Origin: a virus
Taxonomy: Duplodnaviria > Caudoviricetes
Strand: one strand, 5' to 3'
Virus record (IMG/VR): IMGVR_UViG_3300045996_000928
Span: 1-51,252 of that record
Length of the DNA stretch: 51,252 bases
The notes beneath the pieces were generated by a model, which worked only from the letters and a program-made list of their open reading frames with translations, was not told where the DNA came from and searched no databases. Positions 19,152-27,805 of this stretch are shown piece after piece (positions within the stretch are counted from its first letter, which is position 1; every line of letters begins with the position of its first letter). Made by a program: the position numbers and the translations under genes.

Positions 19152-19176
19152 AAAAGCCCCTGCGTTATACAGGGGC
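19150..19176 (-). terminator. Intrinsic terminator ending the head/tail-tube transcript
   Basis: GCCCCTG/CAGGGGC stem with a T6 tract on the minus strand. Confidence 0.75.
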
Positions 19177-19194
19177 CTCAAAACAAACCAAAAA

Positions 19195-19377
19195 CTAATC
19201 TAATCCCTTTTCAGGTTCTTGCGCCTCGGTCTTTGTCGGGGCTTTCTCTTTTGGCGGGTTAATGCGGTCATATTCCGCACTCCAGTCAATATCTCCGGGA
19301 TGGTTTTTATAGGTTTCTATAAATTCCTTTTTGGTTACTGACTTTGCCCATTTTTCGTTATACTTAATCGTATTCAT
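19195..19377 (-). CDS. Small protein after the tail tube gene
   Basis: Start overlaps the stop of 19377..20330. Confidence 0.55.
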   Translation of the reverse strand: MNTIKYNEKWAKSVTKKEFIETYKNHPGDIDWSAEYDRINPPKEKAPTKTEAQEPEKGLD

Positions 19378-20330
19378 TAGCTTGCTGTTTGAGCGGTGTT
19401 ACTTTCGTAATGTAAACCTGCGGCATCTAAAACAGAAGCAGCGGCTAATGAAAGTATTACCGGGTTACCTGCATTATAAGCCGGATCTGCTGTTGGCACC
19501 GTGATAGTGTACGTTTTGTTAGTTGTAGAGTACGATACGCTGGTAATGGTAGCGTAAGTGTTGCCTGTTACAGCATCGGTTACGGTCCACAAATCAACAT
19601 CTGCCAAAGTTGCACCTAAAGTAGTACCCAAATCATCGCCTACGCAACCAATAGTACCTTTTACTACAGATACGTTTGTGCTGCGGGTTGCACCATAAAG
19701 GTAGATAGGCTGTAAGCCAACAACCATAGCAACATCAACCGGGGTTAATTGCACACCTCCAAAACTATCAAACACATTACCTGGGAATGAAAAGTTTTGC
19801 ATATAGATAGTGTTTTTAGAGCCGTCATTGATTTTTAACGGTGCTTGGTACACTTGGTACTGTGGAATACCTCCAAAGGTTACTGTGCCGTCTGATGCAA
19901 CGTTACGCTGGCCTATTACCAAACCATCAGCATCAACAAAGAATACATCAACATTCATATCATTGAATGCACGTAATGCTTTAGATAAGCAGAAGCCACC
20001 TTTTAAAATACGGAAACCCCATTTGAATGAACCGTCACGTACATTCAATTCAGCACCATAGCCTAATTTTTCAGTTACCGGGCCTTCAGATCCGTCATTG
20101 ATTTCAGCTAAGTTATGGATAGGATATAAACGTGAAGCTTTTACTGCGCTTGTAGCCGCTATAAGGGCGGTTAAAAAGGCGGCAGGGGTAAGGGTTTCAG
20201 TTTGCGAAAATGAAGTACCAGCAGGTACTATAAATGCGTCAGTGATGTTTTTAAAATCAACAACGCAAGTGCCGAAGCCGGTATTTGAACCGAGTAAAGC
20301 ACATGGAAAGTTATTTAATGCGTTTGCCAT
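19377..20330 (-). CDS. Major tail (tube) protein
   Basis: Size, position and A/T/G-rich composition, with an Ig-like C-terminal extension. Confidence 0.65.
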   Translation of the reverse strand: MANALNNFPCALLGSNTGFGTCVVDFKNITDAFIVPAGTSFSQTETLTPAAFLTALIAATSAVKASRLYPIHNLAEINDGSEGPVTEKLGYGAELNVRDGSFKWGFRILKGGFCLSKALRAFNDMNVDVFFVDADGLVIGQRNVASDGTVTFGGIPQYQVYQAPLKINDGSKNTIYMQNFSFPGNVFDSFGGVQLTPVDVAMVVGLQPIYLYGATRSTNVSVVKGTIGCVGDDLGTTLGATLADVDLWTVTDAVTGNTYATITSVSYSTTNKTYTITVPTADPAYNAGNPVILSLAAASVLDAAGLHYESNTAQTAS

Positions 20331-20339
20331 AATTTCTTT

Positions 20340-20876
20340 TTAGTTACAGTCGTAAATATTATAAGTGATATTAAAATTTAACCGGAAACAATGCCAGGGC
20401 TGCATATCCCGATATTTAATGCTTTTTGTGCCGTACTCTTTGAAAACCTGATCTATTCCTGTTACTATTCCTGTCAAGAAAAAACCATACACACCATTTG
20501 AAACCATGCGCTCTATATCAACCCTTGCCTCTTCGTCATTGCGTGTCGTACCGGGCTTTATTTTTGCTAAATTCACCATCATAATCAGCGAAACAACCGC
20601 TATTGTATCAACTCCGTTTACTTTAGTGCTTTCATAAGTAAAAAAGGCACTACCTGATTTTGCATCATCAAAGTAGCTGTCTTTATATTCCTTATTTCCA
20701 ACGTAAACTTCGGGGATATAACTGCCATCCAAAAGCTGATTGCGATAAGCCCGGCCATACATGTTGAAAGTGCTATCTGTTACACTCCAAATTGTTTTAA
20801 TCTGATCATAAAGCAACGATTGCAGCTTTTGAATAGGAATATCAATTCCTGTTACCGATGGCTTTACGTAGTTCAT
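20340..20876 (-). CDS. Putative tail terminator/neck protein
   Basis: Position just before the tube gene. Confidence 0.5.
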   Translation of the reverse strand: MNYVKPSVTGIDIPIQKLQSLLYDQIKTIWSVTDSTFNMYGRAYRNQLLDGSYIPEVYVGNKEYKDSYFDDAKSGSAFFTYESTKVNGVDTIAVVSLIMMVNLAKIKPGTTRNDEEARVDIERMVSNGVYGFFLTGIVTGIDQVFKEYGTKSIKYRDMQPWHCFRLNFNITYNIYDCN

Positions 20877-22036
20877 GTTACAATTACTCCCGGATTGTTA
20901 AATACACGTTTGTTTTGATCAAGCCAGTTCTTTTCGTAACTATCCATACCCTCACCATGAGTATTTTGATTTACAGATACTGGCACCGCTGTCGGATAAA
21001 ATGTTTCACGTAGCCTTTTAAACTCTGCCATGATCCTGCTTTTTAAACCCGGCGTTACCGGAACGTCTTTAGTTGCAAAAGCTTGGTTAAGCTCCATAAA
21101 TGCCTGTTGGCTTCTTTGCTCGGTTAAACGTTCTGTTGAGTTGCTACGGGTTGAATTGTTTACCAACTCCATTGCGAAAGCTGCCATTTGTAAGCCCTGT
21201 ATCTCATCAAACAAGTTTGCCATCCTAATAATCTTTTGGGTATGGTCTTTAAAGCTGATGATTTCTAAGTTTACACCTGCTGGTAAAGCAGGATATTGCT
21301 TATTGTTATGGTTAAAATAAGTGCCATCATCAGTTCTATATGCCTGAAAATTATAAGCCTCAAAGCATTTAGTAGCTGCAACGGTTTGCACTTGTTCACG
21401 TATGGCTTTTGCAGTACCTAATTCCCGCTGATCATAACAGAAATAATAGCGTTGACCAGTCTTAAAATTTAATACAATCTCATCTTCACCGGTAAACTCA
21501 ACAACTGTGTGTTCAAAGGCAACTACAGATACTTCAATAGTTTTAAGCGGTTCACGTATACCATCCTGAAACAGATACATATTAAACGTTACATCCTCGT
21601 TAAAATAGAAAGTGCCAAAGTTTATTTTACTGCTTATAGATTGATCATTAGCTACGTTTATAACCCATCCTACCCATTGGTCTACGTTCGGCAAAACAAG
21701 GTCGTTCATTCCGAACCGGGTGTACATTAGATGCTGCTCTATTAACTCCACCTTTCTAAAGGTTTCTGTTAATGCTCGCATGATCATACCATTTTGTTTT
21801 TTAGTCAAATAGGTATTAAAATTAGCATCGCTTATTTCCGGGTCTTCCTGATTGGCTTTGATGTTATTTATAGTGCAAAGAGCGTGGAAATCATCTCCAA
21901 AGTAACGGCCTGATAAAGACGTAGTATTAGCCGAAGTAAGAACAGGGCTTCCCGCCAAAGTGGGTTGCATCCATCCTAAACGTTGTTGCAACGCTGGTAG
22001 CACTAAGTCAATATCAAAGCCGTTTGTGTACTTCAT
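20873..22036 (-). CDS. Putative head-tail connector protein
   Basis: Position between the capsid and tail genes. Confidence 0.5.
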   Translation of the reverse strand: MKYTNGFDIDLVLPALQQRLGWMQPTLAGSPVLTSANTTSLSGRYFGDDFHALCTINNIKANQEDPEISDANFNTYLTKKQNGMIMRALTETFRKVELIEQHLMYTRFGMNDLVLPNVDQWVGWVINVANDQSISSKINFGTFYFNEDVTFNMYLFQDGIREPLKTIEVSVVAFEHTVVEFTGEDEIVLNFKTGQRYYFCYDQRELGTAKAIREQVQTVAATKCFEAYNFQAYRTDDGTYFNHNNKQYPALPAGVNLEIISFKDHTQKIIRMANLFDEIQGLQMAAFAMELVNNSTRSNSTERLTEQRSQQAFMELNQAFATKDVPVTPGLKSRIMAEFKRLRETFYPTAVPVSVNQNTHGEGMDSYEKNWLDQNKRVFNNPGVIVT

Positions 22037-22038
22037 GG

Positions 22039-22452
22039 TTAATTACTTTGGAATGTTGGAGTTCGATACCATACGGCAACTTTCACGGATTCAGTACCGC
22101 TTCCCGTACATAGCACTTTTATTTTATTTGCTACCGGGGATGTGACGTAAAACACCTGTGATTGCGTTGCAGTATTTGTAATGGTGTAGGCCGAGCCTAA
22201 ATTAACGTAGTTAACACCATCCAATGAACTTTGTAATTGAACAGTGCCGGCACCAGTGCCTGATAATTTAGTCAAAACTACCTGGATAGCAACTCCATTG
22301 TAACCGCCTGTAACATTGATGTATTTTGTTACTGTACCTGCATCTGTTAGGGTATCACCTACCGCCAACGGCAATTTTACAGCCGTTCCTTTTTGTGCGA
22401 ATGCGCTTAATCCAATTAAGCTACAAACTAATATTAATAGATACTTTTTCAT
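22039..22452 (-). CDS. Signal-peptide-bearing beta-sandwich protein in the head module
   Basis: MKKYLLILVCSLIGLSAFAQ; VQLQSSLDGVNY motif; directly after the capsid gene. Confidence 0.65.
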   Translation of the reverse strand: MKKYLLILVCSLIGLSAFAQKGTAVKLPLAVGDTLTDAGTVTKYINVTGGYNGVAIQVVLTKLSGTGAGTVQLQSSLDGVNYVNLGSAYTITNTATQSQVFYVTSPVANKIKVLCTGSGTESVKVAVWYRTPTFQSN

Positions 22453-22454
22453 AG

Positions 22455-23507
22455 TTATGAGCCTTGAGCGATTTCAAATACTGCGCTATCACCTGCCAAA
22501 GTAAGCGGTGGTGTTACGTAGCCAATTGTTAAGGTTAACTCAACTTGTAACAAGATGTCTTGAGTTGAACCACCGGTTGTGTTTGCTGATGTGTCTGCAC
22601 GTTGTGAGTACATAGAGATATCGGCAACTGCGCCTGTACCCAAAGGATCGCTTACAGTACCTAACATACCTATTGCATCGTTACCTGTGTTACCATACCC
22701 TTGACGGTTGGCTTGCTCATTCCAGTTTAAACCTGCAAAAGTGCCTTTAGGCATAAACAGGGTTGCGCCTTGAGGGAAAGCAGCGTCAATAACTTTTTGA
22801 GTAGTGTAAACAGCAGCATCACCAAATTGAAATGCGAAGTTGTTAGCGTTGCTTGAGCCTTGATTTTTTTCATACTCAAAACCACGTGCTATTTGCAAAT
22901 CAGCAACCACATCATAAGGGCCAGTATAAAACTGTGCTGCCATGAATGATTTAGCATATTGCATGAATAGCTTTTGGTTAACAGCGTCAATAGGCAAAGC
23001 ATAGTTGGTATCATCCCATGATCCAGCGTTTGCGCTTGCAGCACGTGCGTCAATAACAGCGGCAGACAATTGCGAACGGTTAGCATACAAATAGGCTAAA
23101 GCTGCGTTATCCTGACGGGTACGCAAGTTTCTCCAATGTTGCTCGTACATATCATTAAACAATTCCTGACGGCTAAACACGTTGTTAGCTCCAATTTTCA
23201 AAGGCACACTAAATGTTTCAACTGTTTGTACGTAGGTTACATTGATCAATGAACTGTCGCTAATGCTACCTGTGTGGGCTGCGGCTTTAGCGGTTGCACT
23301 ACCTGGCGCAATATTGTTTTTGAAATACACATCAACCGGGCGAAGTGGCGATGTACGCAACTCTTGAGCATCCGGGATGGAAATACTTTGATTTTGCAGG
23401 GCTAAACCCATTACGGTTGCTCTCTGCGCTCTTAGTTCCGGGGCCTGAAACTTTTCCTTAAGTTTAGATTGGCCCTTAGCTAAAATACTTGCAGCATAAT
23501 TTGCCAT
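22455..23507 (-). CDS. Major capsid protein
   Basis: 350 aa, Ala-rich, downstream of the scaffold gene, with its own promoter and leader. Confidence 0.72.
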   Translation of the reverse strand: MANYAASILAKGQSKLKEKFQAPELRAQRATVMGLALQNQSISIPDAQELRTSPLRPVDVYFKNNIAPGSATAKAAAHTGSISDSSLINVTYVQTVETFSVPLKIGANNVFSRQELFNDMYEQHWRNLRTRQDNAALAYLYANRSQLSAAVIDARAASANAGSWDDTNYALPIDAVNQKLFMQYAKSFMAAQFYTGPYDVVADLQIARGFEYEKNQGSSNANNFAFQFGDAAVYTTQKVIDAAFPQGATLFMPKGTFAGLNWNEQANRQGYGNTGNDAIGMLGTVSDPLGTGAVADISMYSQRADTSANTTGGSTQDILLQVELTLTIGYVTPPLTLAGDSAVFEIAQGS

Positions 23508-23624
23508 AGTTTTTTAATTAATTACGTGAAAATTAAAATGATTTAATGAAGCACCGCTTCGGTGGTTTGGAGTACCACTCCGTGAAGTTTTGTCGGTAGC
23601 TAAATTGTATCGCTATGACGTAAG

Positions 23625-23660
23625 CAAATATAGTGTAAATAGTAATTGAAAAAAAACAAA
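23625..23660 (-). promoter_or_regulatory. Promoter for the capsid operon
   Basis: TATATTTG (-7) at 23625-23632 and TTTG (-33) about 22-25 nt upstream. Confidence 0.65.
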
Positions 23661-23713
23661 AAAAATCCGAACAAATTAATGAACGGATTTCTTAAAATAG
23701 TTCGGGGTTACTA

Positions 23714-23995
23714 TTATGCTTCGTGAGTTGCTTTTTTACCGGCTTTGGCTGGCTTAACAGTAGGCTTAACACCATCCTTTTTAACTTCATCAACCGGCAC
23801 TTCCAACGGTGCTTCACCATAAGGTTTTTCGTCGGTTTCCTCATACTTGGTGCCGGTGCTTGGAAAGTGGCTGTTTAACTCTTCGGCTTGATCATCTGAA
23901 AGCGAAGTTACACCTAATGATACAATAGGTTCATTCCATCCGTTTTCATTGCCGGTGTGCTGTAATTTCTTGTAGTTCTTTTTTAAGTTTTCCAT
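23714..23995 (-). CDS. Hypothetical protein
   Basis: 93-aa ORF in the head module. Confidence 0.6.
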   Translation of the reverse strand: MENLKKNYKKLQHTGNENGWNEPIVSLGVTSLSDDQAEELNSHFPSTGTKYEETDEKPYGEAPLEVPVDEVKKDGVKPTVKPAKAGKKATHEA

Positions 23996-24040
23996 GATTA
24001 TTTTTTAGTGATTATAATACAATATCTGTGCTACTTTTTA

Positions 24041-24265
24041 TTAAATAGATTGGTTTTTGTCTGATATATCTAATTGCTTCATTAGATCTTTTTTAGAAGA
24101 TAATTCTATATCATAATGACAACTTTGAGAAGCACCTAAGTTTAGGTTGTAAATTATACCGCCATCACCTTTAAACGCCACTTCGGTTACAATCCTTTCA
24201 AATTGATCCGGGTCTGTTTTGAGGTAGACAATGTCGCCTAATCCATAAGTGCTTTTAAACTGCAT
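24041..24265 (-). CDS. Small SH3-like phage protein
   Basis: YGLGDIVYLKTD motif; resembles 32289..32504. Confidence 0.55.
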   Translation of the reverse strand: MQFKSTYGLGDIVYLKTDPDQFERIVTEVAFKGDGGIIYNLNLGASQSCHYDIELSSKKDLMKQLDISDKNQSI

Positions 24266-25089
24266 TAGGCATCGTAATTAAAGTCCGTAGTGGCTTTAGC
24301 AACTGTTTCAATATAAGCTTCACCCTCCGGGCTTAATATGTTGCCGCCGGGATTATCTTTAAGAAACTGCTCTTGAGCTTGTGATAGCGTTTTAATACCG
24401 CCTCCGCTACCGCCTGGGTTATCATTACCACCCCTGCCGCCCGGTTGTTTATCTTCAACAAATTTCTTTTCAACAAAGAATGTGGCAACAGCATCTTTAG
24501 GGGCTATGTAGTCTTTTGTCTTATCGTCTCTTAGAATAACACCATCTTTTTTGACAAATCTTTTTCCTTCATCATCTTTGCCGAATTCAAGATTATTCTT
24601 TAATAATAGTAAATAATCTTTATCACTCATATCGCCCTTACGACCTGCCGGGAAACTTGACAGTAATTCAGTATCGAATAGAACCGTTTCATTATTAGCT
24701 TTTTCAGCCAATAGATCAGCTTCAAGCTTTTCATTATTCTTTATAAGCAGGTCAATACGTTCTTTGGTTGCAGCATCACCGCCTGTGGCAATAGTATCTA
24801 ATGCTGTTAATAGCTTTGCGGTGTCTTTAGCGTCTATATCCAGGCTATACTTTTTAGCAATATCCTTTGCAAGTAATTCTTTGCCTACTAGTTTGCCCCT
24901 GTCGTAACCCTCTTTATCAGCCAGTTTTTTTACATTCTCATCACGGGCGGCAAGATCATCATCAGAATATGTTTTTACTTCAGGCACTTCAAAGTCCTGC
25001 TCATCTTCATGCCTAATGGCTTCTATAAGCTTATCGGTATCTTTACCAAATAAGACTTTCAATTTTTTAAGTTCGGTTGATTTTAACAT
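24265..25089 (-). CDS. Capsid scaffolding protein
   Basis: K/D/E-rich coiled coil with a Gly-rich linker (PGGRGG...GGSGGG) near the C-terminus. Confidence 0.7.
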   Translation of the reverse strand: MLKSTELKKLKVLFGKDTDKLIEAIRHEDEQDFEVPEVKTYSDDDLAARDENVKKLADKEGYDRGKLVGKELLAKDIAKKYSLDIDAKDTAKLLTALDTIATGGDAATKERIDLLIKNNEKLEADLLAEKANNETVLFDTELLSSFPAGRKGDMSDKDYLLLLKNNLEFGKDDEGKRFVKKDGVILRDDKTKDYIAPKDAVATFFVEKKFVEDKQPGGRGGNDNPGGSGGGIKTLSQAQEQFLKDNPGGNILSPEGEAYIETVAKATTDFNYDA

Positions 25090-25110
25090 TGTTTTAGTTT
25101 TTTGGGTTGA

Positions 25111-25389
25111 TTAATTTGCTAAACCTAATTTTTTCTTAACCTGTTGTTTTTCGTTTTGCTCGTTAGTCTTTTGGGCTAACATATTCCAGTAAGCTTGTAT
25201 TTTAGCTTCGTATTCTGCCAATGACAGATTAATTTGAGTTGGTTGCCCATGTGAATAGATGAAAATACTTGCATCATCAAAGCCCTGATGGTAGCTTCCT
25301 ATTTGAGACGGCTGAAACTTGCCTATTACGGTTTTTTGCTCTTTGTCATAACCTATAACAACGGGCAACTCTAAATAAGGCAACAGCAT
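25111..25389 (-). CDS. Hypothetical protein
   Basis: Coupled ORF. Confidence 0.6.
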   Translation of the reverse strand: MLLPYLELPVVIGYDKEQKTVIGKFQPSQIGSYHQGFDDASIFIYSHGQPTQINLSLAEYEAKIQAYWNMLAQKTNEQNEKQQVKKKLGLAN

Positions 25390-25610
25390 TAAGCCTGTAT
25401 TGTTAAGTCCATATATTCATCTAATGATCCTGTACGGGTAGAATTATCTTCTAAAACCCATGCCAGTACACAATATTGATGATATAGCTTAGAGGCTTCG
25501 ATTTCATCAAAACACCCTTTGACCAAAACATCCGGTATCTGCTTAGTCTTTTCTTCTAATAACTGTTTAATCTCATTAAACTTGGTTACTAACTTTTCTT
25601 CGCAAATCAT
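25389..25610 (-). CDS. Hypothetical protein
   Basis: Coupled ORF. Confidence 0.6.
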   Translation of the reverse strand: MICEEKLVTKFNEIKQLLEEKTKQIPDVLVKGCFDEIEASKLYHQYCVLAWVLEDNSTRTGSLDEYMDLTIQA

Positions 25611-25975
25611 TACACTTGTGGTTTTACTAACAGGTAATAAACAGATGTTTGAGCCTCACGGGTTTTGCTATCGCTTACATGAGCGTTTAGTTCCAGGGCA
25701 TCGCTCCATTTAAGGCGGGTTTTTTGGATAGGCTTAGTGCTGTTTAATCTTATCCCGGCCACATAGGCCACTTTTTCACCGTTATCTTCATCTAATTTAA
25801 ACTTTCCAACGCTCGAAGCTTTGTAAGAATGAAAGTCGTACTTGTTGTTTAATAGTAGCCCGGCAGTTACTTTTTGGTAGTTATCCCAATGTTCACCCAT
25901 TAAATTTTCGTAATCAATACCGGCTAACTCTAAATCCTTGTTTGGATCTGCCGATTGTGCTTCTTTTTTTGCCAT
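25610..25975 (-). CDS. Hypothetical protein
   Basis: Follows the portal gene. Confidence 0.6.
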   Translation of the reverse strand: MAKKEAQSADPNKDLELAGIDYENLMGEHWDNYQKVTAGLLLNNKYDFHSYKASSVGKFKLDEDNGEKVAYVAGIRLNSTKPIQKTRLKWSDALELNAHVSDSKTREAQTSVYYLLVKPQV

Positions 25976-25998
25976 TGTTTTTAAAAGATTAGTTATAA

Positions 25999-27753
25999 TT
26001 AATTAGTTGGTTGCATTTTAGGCTCTACAGGCGGGGTTAATAAATCATTTACATCAACCATTTTAGTAGTAGCGTAACCCTGTAGGTCTGATATTAATTT
26101 ATCTTTAGCCGTAGTTAGTAAGTAGGTACTTTCTTTGGTAGCAAGCCATTCGCTGTAATAAAGCTTTGTAAAGAAGTCTAAGCGGCTAGGGTTGCTCATC
26201 TTAACCTGATCTATGGTTTGATGAACAAAAGGCTCTACATCCATTAATTTAAGCTTAATAGCCAATTGTTTTTGGTCATTAGCATACATAGCATGGTAGT
26301 ACTTGCTTAGAGTGTCAAATAAGGCTGTTTGGGGCGCACCTTTTGTTTTCATGGCTAAATACATCTCCATTAATTCATCAGGTGTCTCAAGTATGTAATA
26401 ACGTCCATAAGTGCGAACGCTATCTTTGAAAGTGTCGGGAAACATTTTTTCACCAATGAAATTACATAAGGCATTTTCGGTTGATTGCGCCCAATCTGCC
26501 GTTTTGTTTAACCTGGCATAGATGGGTTGCAAATCAGTAAGTGTTTTAGTAGCGGTTTCCTTAATTGATTTTTGCCCTACTTCCGGGCCTGTTGTGCTTT
26601 GAACTGATGTAGTACCCCAATAGGTATCATTCATTGCGGTTTCAATATCATTAAGGGATGTATCTTGTTTATTCCATATATCAATTGGCGGGGTAGCATA
26701 TCCGAAGTAATTAGCCATGTTGATGCCCTGATCCCCCTGTTTTGGCAATGGCACTTTAATTGAATCGGCTACTTTGGTACATAATTTAAACCCCGTGCCT
26801 TTATCTGCGCCCGCAGGTGTACAACCGGGACATGAGCCACCACTTAAAAAACCTGTCCCGCTGCATTGCTCACATGAAACCATAGGCTCAAATGATTTAG
26901 CAAAGCCATTATACTTTTTACTTAAGTCACGTATTGACCTATCCTGAAAGTATGATTGTGATAACTCAATAGTTTTTTGTACTGGAGATAAGAAGTTTTG
27001 ATTGTTTTTAAAGTCTATTAGGTCGGATGCAATAATTGCAGGAACTGTTTTAAATACAACTGGGATAGTGTGCAACTCTTGTATCGAACCATTTGCGTTT
27101 TTTAATATCCTATCTTCAGCATCATCAACAAAGCGGTAATAGTTAGAATATTTGCTTGTTACTTCCTGCTTTAAATCAGCATCAGCAGACGTATCAATAC
27201 CTGCCTCGGTAAGTAATCTAATTGCTTCGGCAATGGTTAACCTAAAACAAACGTATTCAAGCCTGCGTCCGTTGGTTTGATAGTCATAAATACAGTCTGT
27301 GCTTTTATAAGTAGGGTAAGCATTGCTATTGACATCAACTTCAACAAATAACACGCCCATAGGATCAACACGGTATGCTTCAAGAGCAAATTCCTTTATC
27401 CATTTTCGGATAGTCATGTTAAACCTTATTTTATCTAATACTGCATCAAATTCAATAGTTTGTTTTTCATCTAATCCTGCATAGTATGAAGCACCACCTT
27501 TGGCACTAAAAACCATTTCTTCACGGTGTAATAACCGAGCAAATAAATCAGCGTTTGAAGTAGCTCCTTTTTTGCGCTCTCCATAAACATCTTCACTTTC
27601 AAAATAGGTATTTTGCTTTAATGATTTTTGGGCTTCATCACCCAGTACATTGAGTCTTAAACTTGTAGAATAGTCTCGTGCTTTCGATACTAAATCCTTT
27701 GATGGATTGTTTTTAATGATAATCTGTACTTGATCAAATTTGATTATTGCCAT
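25999..27753 (-). CDS. Portal protein with inserted CxxCxGxG zinc finger
   Basis: 584 aa directly after terL; KETAT motif; CEQCSGTG...CPGC insert. Confidence 0.78.
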   Translation of the reverse strand: MAIIKFDQVQIIIKNNPSKDLVSKARDYSTSLRLNVLGDEAQKSLKQNTYFESEDVYGERKKGATSNADLFARLLHREEMVFSAKGGASYYAGLDEKQTIEFDAVLDKIRFNMTIRKWIKEFALEAYRVDPMGVLFVEVDVNSNAYPTYKSTDCIYDYQTNGRRLEYVCFRLTIAEAIRLLTEAGIDTSADADLKQEVTSKYSNYYRFVDDAEDRILKNANGSIQELHTIPVVFKTVPAIIASDLIDFKNNQNFLSPVQKTIELSQSYFQDRSIRDLSKKYNGFAKSFEPMVSCEQCSGTGFLSGGSCPGCTPAGADKGTGFKLCTKVADSIKVPLPKQGDQGINMANYFGYATPPIDIWNKQDTSLNDIETAMNDTYWGTTSVQSTTGPEVGQKSIKETATKTLTDLQPIYARLNKTADWAQSTENALCNFIGEKMFPDTFKDSVRTYGRYYILETPDELMEMYLAMKTKGAPQTALFDTLSKYYHAMYANDQKQLAIKLKLMDVEPFVHQTIDQVKMSNPSRLDFFTKLYYSEWLATKESTYLLTTAKDKLISDLQGYATTKMVDVNDLLTPPVEPKMQPTN

Positions 27754-27805
27754 GTAGGCAAATTTAGATAAGAATATTTATCAAAAAAAGTACTATTTTT
27801 TTACA

